Shown: piece after piece, positions 1 to 13,935 of the stretch
Layout of the letters: every line of letters begins with the position of its first letter
Numbering within the stretch: the stretch's first letter is position 1
Origin: a bacterium
Lineage (GTDB): Bacteria; Verrucomicrobiota; Kiritimatiellia; CAIKKV01; CAITUY01
Assembly (NCBI GenBank): GCA_037128595.1
Contig: JBAXWB010000016.1
Location: forward strand, 19,819 to 83,818
Direction of reading: 5' to 3'
DNA length: 64,000 nt
Made by a program: the position numbers and the translations under genes
Notes under the pieces: model-generated
The model's database searches: none
What the model saw: the letters and a program-made list of their open reading frames with translations, nothing else
What the model was told of the DNA's origin: nothing

Positions 1-452
1 GCATTGGCCATCATGGTGGTGAACCCCGCCAGCAGGCCGATCAGGACGGCGACCCCGTGATGGTGTGGAACCAGGCTTTCGGGATTCGCAAAGCGTTGTC
101 GCCACAGATTCAATCCCAGCATGAACAGGACAATGCCGCCGATGATCGGGCGGATCTGGGCATCTGTCAGGTGGCCCATCGACAGCCAGCCGGCGAAAAT
201 GCCGGCGATCGTCCAGGGAAAGAGCTTGAATAACCGCGGCCACTCGGCGTGCCGATGATAGTACATCACGCCAATGATATCCCCGGCAATCAGCATGGGC
301 AGGATCAGGCCGGTGGAGATCTTGGCCGGGATCACGGCCGCCACCAGCGGGACCGCCAGAATCCCCAACCCGGGAAGGCCGCTTTTAGCCAGGCCGATGA
401 TCAGCGCGGCCAGGGCCATAATCCCCCATTGCAAAGAAGTCAGTTCGCTCAT
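1..452 (-). CDS. Sulfite exporter TauE/SafE (DUF81) family membrane protein, runs off the window start
   Basis: Manual translation from ATG at 452: MSELTSLQWGIMALAALIIGLAKSGLPGLGILAVPLVAAVIPAKISTGLILPMLIAGD...GLLAGFTTMMANA; hydrophobic, with the GxxKxGxxGxG motif typical of TauE. Not in ORF track. Confidence 0.8.
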   Translation of the reverse strand, partial: MSELTSLQWGIMALAALIIGLAKSGLPGLGILAVPLVAAVIPAKISTGLILPMLIAGDIIGVMYYHRHAEWPRLFKLFPWTIAGIFAGWLSMGHLTDAQIRPIIGGIVLFMLGLNLWRQRFANPESLVPHHHGVAVLIGLLAGFTTMMAN

Positions 453-550
453 AGTTCAATCCATTCTGTCCCATTCCGTAAATTCTGTCGAAAAAATCTT
501 TCAGTTATCTTGCCCGCCCCTTATGATGGCGCACGTGACGGAAGGCTGAA

Positions 551-597
551 TATTACAAATTTGTACAACCAAGGGGCTGTATATTGCAAAAATGTAC
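551..597. promoter_or_regulatory. Tandem candidate upstream activator sites for a sigma-54 enhancer-binding protein
   Basis: TATTACAAATTTGTAC (551-566, containing perfect palindrome TACAAATTTGTA) and TATTGCAAAAATGTAC (582-597), 31 bp apart and about 90-135 bp upstream of the -24/-12 element. Confidence 0.45.
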
Positions 598-686
598 TAT
601 TTTGAGGTTTCGCAGGTCGCTACGCCGGGGTGGGATTAAATGTTAATACTTGCGGTTAAATGAGTTGTGCATTCTTGTGCTGCGGT

Positions 687-702
687 TGGCATGATATTTG
701 CT
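687..702 (+). promoter_or_regulatory. Sigma-54 (-24/-12) promoter upstream of glnA
   Basis: TGGCATGATATTTGCT matches TGGCAC-N5-TTGC(A/T) with exact GG-N10-GC spacing, 54 bp upstream of the GS start. Confidence 0.75.
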
Positions 703-755
703 AAATAAATGTTCAAGTTTTTGTGTGGAATGGGAATCAAATTAAGGAGTCACTT

Positions 756-2879
756 ATGAATGGATGTTGTGAATCTGTTAAGAAGCAATCTCTGCCTGAA
801 ATGTTTGGATCGAATGTGTTCAGTGATGTGGTGATGCGGGCGCGTCTGCCGAAGAATGTCTACAAGAAGCTGCGTTCGACGATCGATGAGGGCAAGGAGC
901 TGGATCCCTCCATTGCCGATGTCGTGGCCAATGCGATGAAGGATTGGGCGATTGAGAAGGGGGCCACGCATTACTGTCATTGGTTCCAGCCGATGACCGG
1001 GATCACGGCGGAAAAGCATGACGCGTTCATTTCCCCGACGGCCGACGGGCGGATCATGATGGAATTCAGCGGCAAGGAGCTGACGCAGGGTGAGCCGGAT
1101 GCCTCCTCCTTCCCCTCGGGCGGCATTCGCGCCACCTTTGAAGCCCGTGGCTACACCGTCTGGGATTGCACCTCCCCGGTCTTTGTCAAGACGGATGGGC
1201 TCAACACCACCTTGTTCATTCCCACCTCCTTTGCCTCCTATACCGGCGAGGCGCTGGACAAGAAGACGCCGTTGCTGCGTTCGATGCAGGCCCTGAACAA
1301 GCAGGGGATGCGGGTGTTGAAGGCGTTGGGCAATAACACCAGCAAGCGCGTCATCACCACCCTGGGTGGCGAGCAGGAGTATTTCCTGATTGACCGTCAG
1401 TTTGTCGAGAAGCGTTCGGACCTCCGGTTTGCCGGCCGCACCCTGTTCGGGGCGCCTCCGCCGAAAGGGCAGGAACTGGAAGACCAGTATTTCGGCGCCA
1501 TTCATGAGCGGGTCGCCTCGTTCATGGCGGACCTGAATGAGGAACTGTGGAAGATGGGGGTGTCGGCCAAGACGCAGCACAACGAGGTGGCCCCTGCCCA
1601 GCACGAACTGGCGCCGGTTTACGCCACGGTCAACATCGGGGTGGATCACAACCAGCTGGCCATGGAGATGATGCAGCGGATTGCCCGCAAGCACGCGTTC
1701 GTCTGCGTGTTGCACGAAAAGCCCTTCGCGGGCGTCAATGGCTCCGGCAAGCACAACAACTGGGCGCTCTGCACGGATGACGGCATCAATTTGTTGAATC
1801 CCGGCAACACGCCGCATGACAACATGCAGTTCCTGGTGTTCCTGTTCGCCACGATTCGCGCGGTGCACAAGTATGCCGACCTGCTGCGGGCCACGGTGGC
1901 CACGCCGGGTAATGACCATCGTCTGGGGGCCAACGAGGCGCCGCCGGCGATTGTGTCGATCTTCCTGGGCGACCAGCTGACGGACATCTACCAGCAGATC
2001 AAGAAGGGTGGCGCGAGCCGCTCGAAGCAGGGCGGGAATTTGAAGCTGGGCGTGACCACGCTTCCTTCGATCCCCATGGACACCACCGATCGCAACCGGA
2101 CCTCGCCCTTTGCCTTTACCGGCAATAAGTTCGAGTTCCGCATGCCGGGGTCGTCGCAGTCCCTGAGCGGGCCGAACTTCGTGCTGAACACGATTGTGGC
2201 GGACGCCTTGTCGGAGATGGCGGATGCCCTGCAGGGCGCCAAGAACATCAATGCGAGTGTCCAGACGTTGTTGCAGAAATACGCCAAGGAACACGAGGCG
2301 ATTATCTTCAACGGTGACAACTACACCGAAGAGTGGAAGAAAGAAGCCGCCAAGCGCGGGCTGCACAACATCCGCAACTGTGTGGATGGCATCAATGTCA
2401 TGATGGAGAAAGAGAATGCCAAGGTGATGATCAAGCATGGCACCCTCCCCAAAGAGGAAATCCATGCGCGTCATGAAATTCTCCTGGAGCATTACATCAA
2501 GACCATCAACATCGAGGCCAAGACGATGTTATCCATGGCGCGGCGTGAAATCCTGCCGTCCCTGATCAGTTATGCGACGGATCTGGCGCACGGCGTGAAT
2601 GCCGTTGAGGCGGCCGGCGTGGATGCCGTGATTCAGTCGAAATTGCTGCAGGAAGTGAATGACGCGGCCGCCGAGATGGGGCTGTCGATTGATGTCCTGG
2701 CGGATCTGCTTGCCGAGGCCGCGAGCGAGCCGGCGGTGGGCAAGAAAGCCGTGGCCTACCGGGACGTCGTGGTTCCGGCCATGGTGGCGTTGCGCAAGGT
2801 GTCGGATGGAATTGAACCGGTGGTGGATGCCGAGTATTGGCCGCTGCCGACTTATGCTGACATGTTGTTCTATCGTTGA
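756..2879 (+). CDS. glnA: Glutamine synthetase type III
   Basis: About 707 aa; [48 protein letters not shown] motifs of GSIII; SD AAGGAG before ATG at 756. Confidence 0.95.
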   Translation: MNGCCESVKKQSLPEMFGSNVFSDVVMRARLPKNVYKKLRSTIDEGKELDPSIADVVANAMKDWAIEKGATHYCHWFQPMTGITAEKHDAFISPTADGRIMMEFSGKELTQGEPDASSFPSGGIRATFEARGYTVWDCTSPVFVKTDGLNTTLFIPTSFASYTGEALDKKTPLLRSMQALNKQGMRVLKALGNNTSKRVITTLGGEQEYFLIDRQFVEKRSDLRFAGRTLFGAPPPKGQELEDQYFGAIHERVASFMADLNEELWKMGVSAKTQHNEVAPAQHELAPVYATVNIGVDHNQLAMEMMQRIARKHAFVCVLHEKPFAGVNGSGKHNNWALCTDDGINLLNPGNTPHDNMQFLVFLFATIRAVHKYADLLRATVATPGNDHRLGANEAPPAIVSIFLGDQLTDIYQQIKKGGASRSKQGGNLKLGVTTLPSIPMDTTDRNRTSPFAFTGNKFEFRMPGSSQSLSGPNFVLNTIVADALSEMADALQGAKNINASVQTLLQKYAKEHEAIIFNGDNYTEEWKKEAAKRGLHNIRNCVDGINVMMEKENAKVMIKHGTLPKEEIHARHEILLEHYIKTINIEAKTMLSMARREILPSLISYATDLAHGVNAVEAAGVDAVIQSKLLQEVNDAAAEMGLSIDVLADLLAEAASEPAVGKKAVAYRDVVVPAMVALRKVSDGIEPVVDAEYWPLPTYADMLFYR

Positions 2880-2909
2880 TTCGGTTTCTAAGTTTCAGTA
2901 TAAGCAATG

Positions 2910-2939
2910 CCCCGTCGGGACACACCCGGCGGGGTTTTT
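2910..2939 (+). terminator. Intrinsic terminator after glnA
   Basis: Stem CCCCGTCGGG/CCCGGCGGGG followed by TTTTT. Confidence 0.7.
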
Positions 2940-2974
2940 GTCAAATTTTGCGGAGAGAAAAAGAGGAGTGTACG

Positions 2975-7490
<4,516 letters not shown>

Positions 7491-7498
<8 letters not shown>

Positions 7499-8972
7499 GG
7501 TAACCGGGTTTATGGAGTTTGAACGCCACGATCCAGGCTATCGGCCTGTGGCCGAGAGGGTGAAGGACTTCAATGCGGTGGAGCTCAGGCCCACGGACGC
7601 CGAGGTGCGGGAGCAGGCGGCCCGGTGTATGGATTGTGGCACGCCGTTCTGTCACTGCAGCGGTTGCCCGGTTGAGAATGTGATTCCGGAATTCAATGAG
7701 CATGTCTATCAGGGGCGCTGGAAAGAGGCCCTGGATATCCTGCTGTCGAAAGATAATTTCCCCGAATTCACCGGGCGCATTTGTCCGGCGCCGTGTGAGG
7801 GAGCCTGCGTGCTCGGGATCAACAAGGAGCCGGTCTCCATCCGTCAGATTGAGCTGGCGATCATTGAAAAAGGATTTGAACTGGGGTATTTGAAGGCCGC
7901 CCCTCCGGCGGTCCGCCGAAAAGAACGGGTGGCCGTGTTGGGGTCCGGACCGGCGGGTCTGGCGATCGCGGACAGCCTGAACCATGCCGGCTACGGGGTC
8001 GTCGTCTATGATAGCGATGAGAAGCCGGGCGGCATTTTGAGATACGGGATCCCGGAATTCAAATTGGGCAAGTGGGTGGTGGATCGCCGGATCCAGTTGA
8101 TGCAGGCGGAGGGCGTGGTGTTTGAAAATCAGGTCAAGGTGGGCGAGGATATTTCCTATCACTACCTTCAGAACCGGTTTGATGCCATCTGTCTGGCCGG
8201 CGGGGCCCGTGAAGCCCGTGATATCAAGGCCCCGGGCCGTGACTTGAAGGGGATTCATTTTGCCATGGATTTCCTGGTCCAGCAGAACAAGCGGCTGGGC
8301 GGGGAGATCGTCGAGCCGGGCACCGACATCCTGGCGGCCGGGAAAACCGTGTTGGTGATCGGCGGGGGCGATACGGGCTCCGATTGCGTCGGGACCTCCA
8401 TCCGGCAGGGGGCCAAATCGGTTACCCAGATCGAGATTTTACCCCAGCCGCCGCCGACCCGGTCCCCCGCTACGCCCTGGCCCATGTGGCCGGTGAAGAT
8501 GCGGACCTCGAGCAGTCATCAGGAAGGCTGTACCCGGCGTTGGTGCGTGGCAACCAAGGAATTCATGGGCCGCGATGGCACCGTGAAGTCCGTGCGCGCG
8601 GTGGAGGTGGAGTGGGTGACCCCGGCTGGTGGCGGACGCCCTTCCCTGGTCGAAAAGCCCGGTTCCGAGTTTGTGATTGAGGCTGACCTGATCCTGTTGG
8701 CGATGGGCTTTACCGGTCCCGAGCGCAATAAAATCGTGGAGGGACTTGCCATCAAGACCGAACCCAGCGGGGTGATCTGGCGTGACAAGCAGAACATGAC
8801 CAACCTCCCCGGCATCTTTGTGGCCGGTGATATGACGCAAGGCGCCTCCCTCGTGGTCCGCGCGATCCGGGATGGCCGTCAGGCGGCCGCCGGGGTCATC
8901 GCCTATCTTGAGGGACAGGCGATTCGAATGCCTAATCGTAATCTTCTGCCACGGAAAGGATCACGATTATGA
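7491..8972 (+). CDS. gltD: Glutamate synthase small subunit
   Basis: MGKVTGFMEF, RCMDCGTPFC, GSGPAG, IGGGDTGSDC; overlaps gltB stop. Confidence 0.95.
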
Positions 8973-8981
8973 TTACGATTA
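8933..8981. repeat. 11-bp inverted repeat built from GATTA(C/T) hexamers at the gltD 3' end
   Basis: TAATCGTAATC (8933-8943) is the reverse complement of GATTACGATTA (8971-8981); GATTAT-GATTAC-GATTA run. Confidence 0.6.
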
Positions 8982-9008
8982 AGATGGGAAATCAACCGTA
9001 ACTCTGTC

Positions 9009-9242
9009 TCAATGCATCCACATGTAAGAGGGGGAACTATACATGGCATCAGCGCCGTTCAAAGGGGCGAATTTTGCGGCCATATAGACCATGATGGCCA
9101 TGATTGTGAGCGCCAGAACGACGCCGATCACAGGCCAGAAATCCTCCCCATGAACCCACTGAGTCAGGCGGTCGGCCACCTCATGGCGTGAATCCACGTG
9201 ATGTGCATGAGCCCACGTTTTCATTGTAATGACAGGATGCAT
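9009..9242 (-). CDS. Small single-pass membrane protein, His-rich N-terminus, unknown function
   Basis: 77 aa ORF with strong SD (AGGAGG) and one hydrophobic segment (FWPVIGVVLALTIMAIMVYMAA); fills an otherwise empty gap. Confidence 0.65.
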   Translation of the reverse strand: MHPVITMKTWAHAHHVDSRHEVADRLTQWVHGEDFWPVIGVVLALTIMAIMVYMAAKFAPLNGADAMYSSPSYMWMH

Positions 9243-9326
9243 AATGCCCTCCTTTCTTCATCTATCCCTTCGTGATTATTTTCCCTCTTTTCCGCTATTT
9301 TGTCTAGGCCGACGTGACGATATGGT

Positions 9327-10415
9327 ATGGTAACCATCGAAATGAGTGAGCCATCTGACAACTTCATGCCGGTCCCTTCACCAGACAATGACGCGGTTTC
9401 TCAGCCGCATCGCCGCCGGACGCGCTACCATGGGAAAAATCCGCGTCGGTTTGAGGATAAATACAAGGAGCTGGAGGCGGCGGATCACCCCGGGACGATC
9501 AGCAAAATTCTGGCGGCCGGTAAAACCCCTGCGGGCACCCATCGGCCTATCATGGTCACGGAAATCCTGCAGGCCTTGAACCCGAAACCCGGCGAGACCG
9601 CCGTGGATGCCACGCTTGGCTATGGGGGCCATTCCCGTGAGATCCTGCCCCTGATTCTGCCCGGCGGACGGCTTATCGGACTGGATGTCGATCCGATCGA
9701 GCTGCCGAAAACCGAGGCGCGGTTGCAAGCCCTCGGGTTTGGCGCTGATGCATTTCAGGCCCGCCGCAGCAACTTTGCCGGTCTCTCGAAGCTCCTCACG
9801 GCCGAGGGACTTCCCGGCGTCGACCTGATTCTCGCCGACCTGGGTGTCTCCTCGATGCAGATCGACGATCCGGCACGTGGGTTTTCGGTGAAACTTCAAG
9901 GTCCACTCGATATGCGGATGAACCCGCGCCGTGGCCAGTCGGCCGCAGAACTGATTCAGGGGATCACCCCCAAACTGCTGGCCCGGTTGCTGGCGGATAA
10001 CGCCGACGAACCGCATGCCGGAGCCCTGGCCGCCGCCCTGGCAGGAGGCCGTTTCGACACCACCCTATCCCTGGGCAGGGCCATCCGCCAGGCCCTCCCG
10101 CCGGCAACGGTCGAAGTGGACCGGGTGAAGTCCATCCGCCGCGTGTTTCAGGCCCTCCGTATCGCCGTGAATGAGGAGCTGGTCGCGCTCGACCAGTTCC
10201 TGCGTGTGCTGCCCCAATGCCTCAATCCCGGGGGCCGAGTGGCCATCCTGACCTTCCATTCAGGCGAAGACCGGCGGGTGAAGAAAGCCTTCGAGGCCGG
10301 ACTGCGTGACGGCCTCTACGTCGCCATCGCCTCCGAGCCGATCCGTGCCGGCGCGACCGAAAGCTTCGCCAATCCTCGCTCAATCTCCGCAAAATTGAGA
10401 TGGGCGCGGAGGTAG
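9327..10415 (+). CDS. rsmH: 16S rRNA m4C1402 methyltransferase, long N-terminal variant
   Basis: VDATLGYGGHS, DLGVSSMQID, GPLDMRM, FQALRIAVNEEL, TFHSGEDRRVK; exact start uncertain. Confidence 0.92.
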   Translation: MVTIEMSEPSDNFMPVPSPDNDAVSQPHRRRTRYHGKNPRRFEDKYKELEAADHPGTISKILAAGKTPAGTHRPIMVTEILQALNPKPGETAVDATLGYGGHSREILPLILPGGRLIGLDVDPIELPKTEARLQALGFGADAFQARRSNFAGLSKLLTAEGLPGVDLILADLGVSSMQIDDPARGFSVKLQGPLDMRMNPRRGQSAAELIQGITPKLLARLLADNADEPHAGALAAALAGGRFDTTLSLGRAIRQALPPATVEVDRVKSIRRVFQALRIAVNEELVALDQFLRVLPQCLNPGGRVAILTFHSGEDRRVKKAFEAGLRDGLYVAIASEPIRAGATESFANPRSISAKLRWARR

Positions 10416-10474
10416 TCGCGCGTTCCAAATGGTTTAGACTGGTGATAAGGGGCAATTCGAAATTAATCTATCAT

Positions 10475-10511
10475 GCTTATATTTGACATTATAAGCCTAT
10501 ATGTCTATTAT
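10475..10511 (+). promoter_or_regulatory. Sigma-70 promoter with overlapping palindromic operator for the TA operon
   Basis: TTGACA (10483-10488)-N17-TATTAT (10506-10511); inverted repeat GCTTATA-N8-TATAAGC (10475-10496) straddles the -35 box. Confidence 0.75.
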
Positions 10512-10521
10512 TAACGACATT

Positions 10522-10848
10522 ATGAAGACCACATTGAGCTTGCCGATGTCATCTCGCAAGGTTTTGCCTCTGCTCGGGGAACATATCAAACTCGCACGGT
10601 TACGCCGTCAGTTGAGTGCGTCCGTAGTGGCGGAGCGGGCGGGAATAAGCCGCTCCACGCTCTGGCAGGTGGAGAAGGGGAACGCCCACGTTGCCCTCGG
10701 AGCGTATTTCCTCATCCTCTTTACACTCGGGCTTGAGCAGGACCTGTTATTGGTTGCCCAGGACGATGTGCTCGGACGCAAACTTCAGGATGCCAAACTC
10801 GTCGTTCGCAAACGCGCGGCGAAGCTCCCAAAGGTGGAGGCCGTGTGA
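10522..10848 (+). CDS. XRE/HipB-like helix-turn-helix antitoxin
   Basis: IKLARLRRQLSASVVAERAGISRSTLWQVEKG HTH; GTGA overlap with the HipA-like gene. Start moved from 10501 to 10522 because 10501 lies inside the promoter. Confidence 0.85.
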   Translation: MKTTLSLPMSSRKVLPLLGEHIKLARLRRQLSASVVAERAGISRSTLWQVEKGNAHVALGAYFLILFTLGLEQDLLLVAQDDVLGRKLQDAKLVVRKRAAKLPKVEAV

Positions 10849-12113
10849 GTGAGTTGCCCCGACAGGTTTGCGTTTATGCCGATTGGGCTGAATTGAGCAC
10901 TCCGCAGCTGATGGGGCGTCTTTCCATGGATCGGGTTCGCGGCAAAGAAGTGTTTTCGTTCGAATATGACGGGAGTTGGCTGTCGGGCGGGTTGGCACAA
11001 CAACTTGATCCGGAACTCCAATTGTTCGAGGGGAAGCAGTATCTCCGGGATGCCAGGCAGAACTTCGGTATTTTCCTCGACTCATCTCCGGACCGGTGGG
11101 GGCGCCTGCTGATGCGTCGCCGGGAGGCGTGCTATGCGCGGCGCGAGCATCGTGCCGAAAAACGATTGACGGAACTTGATTACCTTCTGGGGGTCTATGA
11201 CGGACAGCGAATGGGGGCCCTGCGCTTCCGGGAAGGCGTGCAGGCGTGTTACCTGAACAGTGATGAGCGGATGGCGACCCCCCCATGGGCTTCACTCCGG
11301 GATTTGGAAAATGCCAGCCTGCGGTTCGAGGAGAGCGATTTGCAGGATAATGAAGAAACGTTGAAGTGGTTGAATCAACTGATTGCTCCGGGGTCATCAC
11401 TAGGCGGCGCCCGACCTAAAGCGGGTGTGATAGATGACCAGGGCCGTCTCTGGATTGCGAAATTTCCGAGCCGGTACGATGAGGAGGATACCGGGGCTTG
11501 GGAACTCGTTCTCCATGAACTTGCCCGAAAGGCGGGACTTCGGGTGCCGGAGACGGCTGTTCTTAAATTTTCAAGCCGGTATCACACATTTCTGTCCCGC
11601 CGTTTCGATCGCACGCGGTCAGGCCAGCGAATTCACTTTGCCTCAGCCATGACATTGCTGGGATACACGGATGGGGCAAACGCCGTGACGGGGGTAAGTT
11701 ACCTGGAACTAGCCGAGTTTGTCATGCGGAACGGGGCGGCTCCTGAAGCCGACCTTGCCGAACTTTGGCGGCGGATCGTTTTCAACATTTGCGTGAGCAA
11801 TACCGATGATCACTTGCGGAACCATGGGTTTTTGCTCGCGTCCAGAAACGGTTGGATGCTCTCGCCGGCTTATGACATGAATCCAAACCCGCAAGGAGAG
11901 GGGTTGACGCTCAATATTACCGAAAATGACAACCGGCTTGATCTCGATCTGGCGTTAGAGGTTGCGGAATCGTTCCACCTGAAGGCTGCCCGGGCGAAAG
12001 CCATAATGGATGGGGTTCGCCTCGCGGTCAAGCAGTGGCGGCAAGTGGCCGGTCGTCAAAAAATCTCCAAAGCTGAACAGGAGAAAATGTCTTTGTCTTT
12101 CCAATGCGCGTAA
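10845..12113 (+). CDS. hipA: HipA-family kinase toxin (type II TA)
   Basis: FLDSSPDRWGR, SSLGGARPKA, WIAKFPS, FLSRRFDR, NTDDHLRNHGF, LSPAYDMNP. Confidence 0.9.
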   Translation: MSELPRQVCVYADWAELSTPQLMGRLSMDRVRGKEVFSFEYDGSWLSGGLAQQLDPELQLFEGKQYLRDARQNFGIFLDSSPDRWGRLLMRRREACYARREHRAEKRLTELDYLLGVYDGQRMGALRFREGVQACYLNSDERMATPPWASLRDLENASLRFEESDLQDNEETLKWLNQLIAPGSSLGGARPKAGVIDDQGRLWIAKFPSRYDEEDTGAWELVLHELARKAGLRVPETAVLKFSSRYHTFLSRRFDRTRSGQRIHFASAMTLLGYTDGANAVTGVSYLELAEFVMRNGAAPEADLAELWRRIVFNICVSNTDDHLRNHGFLLASRNGWMLSPAYDMNPNPQGEGLTLNITENDNRLDLDLALEVAESFHLKAARAKAIMDGVRLAVKQWRQVAGRQKISKAEQEKMSLSFQCA

Positions 12114-12145
12114 TTTGCTCAAGCTCTGTTATCAGGCTTGAGCAC

Positions 12146-12170
12146 GGCGCCGACGGAGCGGCGCCCTCCA
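12146..12170 (-). repeat. REP-like palindrome, type B (loop variant)
   Basis: Reverse complement reads TGGAGGGCGCCGCTCCGTCGGCGCC; intergenic between convergent genes. Confidence 0.8.
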
Positions 12171-12226
12171 TTGAAATGCCGTGCGCCGTTCCGCGGATGG
12201 ACCATGAGCTGGGCCTGCTATTGAAT

Positions 12227-13924
12227 TTAGAAAAAGGCGGACGACAAGATGGCTTCAGCTTCATCCGCCCATGAGCGTGAGATCGCCCGGCCTTTCGGGA
12301 GCTGGATCATCAGCCGCCGGGAGGCGATTTTGTGGTTCAGGGCGACCGAAGCATAGCGGTCCGTCAGGTGGGTGGGGGCCAGGCGGATAACGGCAATCAG
12401 ATTATCCAGTAAATCCAGCGGTTCCTCGGATTGCGGGGCCAGGACAAACTGGAAAAGGTTGTCCGGAAGCGCCCGGATGGCCTTTTGGATAAAGTCCGAC
12501 AGGGAATCCCGTTGCGCGAATAGATTCGCCCCTTGGAAAATATAGGCCCGGCGGTTCCGGGTGCCGGTGAGCGGGCTTTTCCCCGGGACCGTCACGGGGA
12601 TTAGCTCGGGGAACAGGTCGAGTTTCCTACCCACAAATTGCGGGGTCGGCACGTCTGAGCGGAGTTTGGGGTGCTGCGCGATCAGGGCTTCAATGGTTTG
12701 AAACGCCGGGCGATCCATGGTGGAGGTCCGGGTCACGGCATACGGGGGCAGGGGCTGTGCCTCGATCGCCCACTCCTGCTGCCGATCGCGCAATTCGGTG
12801 CCGGGTAACAACAGGGTTTGCAGGCATTGAATATTGGCGCCGGGTAACTTCAAGGCCCACTTCACGGATTGCTGAACCTCCTCGACCTGCTGCAGGGGAA
12901 GCCCATACATGATGTCCACGGTGACCTTGATCCGGCGCCGGGTCAGGCGGGTGATCCCGGCATCCAGACGTGTCAGGGAGGTGGGGCGGCGGATCGCCTT
13001 GAGTACGGCGGCATCCCGGCTTTGGACCCCGACTTCAATATCCACAAAGCGGGCGGCCTCCATGAGGTCGGCCTCCTGGTCGGTCAGGCGTCCGGCATTG
13101 AGTTCGGCAAAGAAGGCGAGGGCCCCGGTGCGATTATAGGCCGCCAGTTGGGTCAGGATCTCCCGGAAGCGGGGATGGGCATTGAAGGTCGGATCCACGA
13201 AGCGGATTTCACGGGCGCCCATTTGTTGCAGGGCGTCAATGCGCGCCATGATGTCTGCGGGGCTGAGGAATGACATGGAGTGGCGCAGATGCGGGTAGCG
13301 GCAGTAGGTGCAGCGCATGGGACAGCCGCGTGAGGTTTCCAGATAGGCCATGCCTTTGGCATCAGGCCGGCAGGCCGCATAGCCGGGCGGGGGGATCTGT
13401 TGCGACAGTTCGACGGGGGGGGGCGCGGTTTTACCCCAGCGGTAGCCCTGGGGTGACTTGAGTGCGACCGAGGAGAAGCTGACCCGCTCGCGGGTTCTGA
13501 AGGAGCGGAGCAGGGCGGGGAAGACCACCTCGCCTTCGCCCACGGCAATGGCATCGGCAATGGGCTGGTCGAACAGGAAGGGATGGGAATAGGCCGCTTC
13601 GGGACCGCCCAGCAGAATGCGGGTATGGGGCCGCCGCTTCCTGATCTCCTGCATCACCCGCAGGGTCCGCTCGATGTTCCACAGATACAGCGTGCAGGCG
13701 ATGAGGTCGGGTTTCAGATGGAGAATCTGTTTCAGCAGGGCCGCATTGTCATGGGCACCGGCGGAGGCCGGCAGCTGGGCAAATTGATAATGGGCCGCTT
13801 CCCCCGCCTGTTCGGCCGCGTATTGAAGATAAGCGGCGGCCAACGGGACATTTTCCGTATCCCCATGAATATCGTTATCCAATTGGGGGAGCTGGAGAAA
13901 TAAGATTTTCCTGCGTAAGGCCAT
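12227..13924 (-). CDS. B12-binding domain radical SAM protein
   Basis: N-terminal cobalamin-binding-like region (PDLIACTLYLWN, LLGGPEA), ETSRGCPMRCTYC CxxxCxxC motif, FVDPTFN. Confidence 0.88.
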   Translation of the reverse strand: MALRRKILFLQLPQLDNDIHGDTENVPLAAAYLQYAAEQAGEAAHYQFAQLPASAGAHDNAALLKQILHLKPDLIACTLYLWNIERTLRVMQEIRKRRPHTRILLGGPEAAYSHPFLFDQPIADAIAVGEGEVVFPALLRSFRTRERVSFSSVALKSPQGYRWGKTAPPPVELSQQIPPPGYAACRPDAKGMAYLETSRGCPMRCTYCRYPHLRHSMSFLSPADIMARIDALQQMGAREIRFVDPTFNAHPRFREILTQLAAYNRTGALAFFAELNAGRLTDQEADLMEAARFVDIEVGVQSRDAAVLKAIRRPTSLTRLDAGITRLTRRRIKVTVDIMYGLPLQQVEEVQQSVKWALKLPGANIQCLQTLLLPGTELRDRQQEWAIEAQPLPPYAVTRTSTMDRPAFQTIEALIAQHPKLRSDVPTPQFVGRKLDLFPELIPVTVPGKSPLTGTRNRRAYIFQGANLFAQRDSLSDFIQKAIRALPDNLFQFVLAPQSEEPLDLLDNLIAVIRLAPTHLTDRYASVALNHKIASRRLMIQLPKGRAISRSWADEAEAILSSAFF

Positions 13925-13935
13925 GGGGGAGGGTT

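Noticed and set aside
750-2492. 580-aa antisense ORF under glnA
   Set aside because: Shadow frame from high-GC codon bias; no recognisable motifs.
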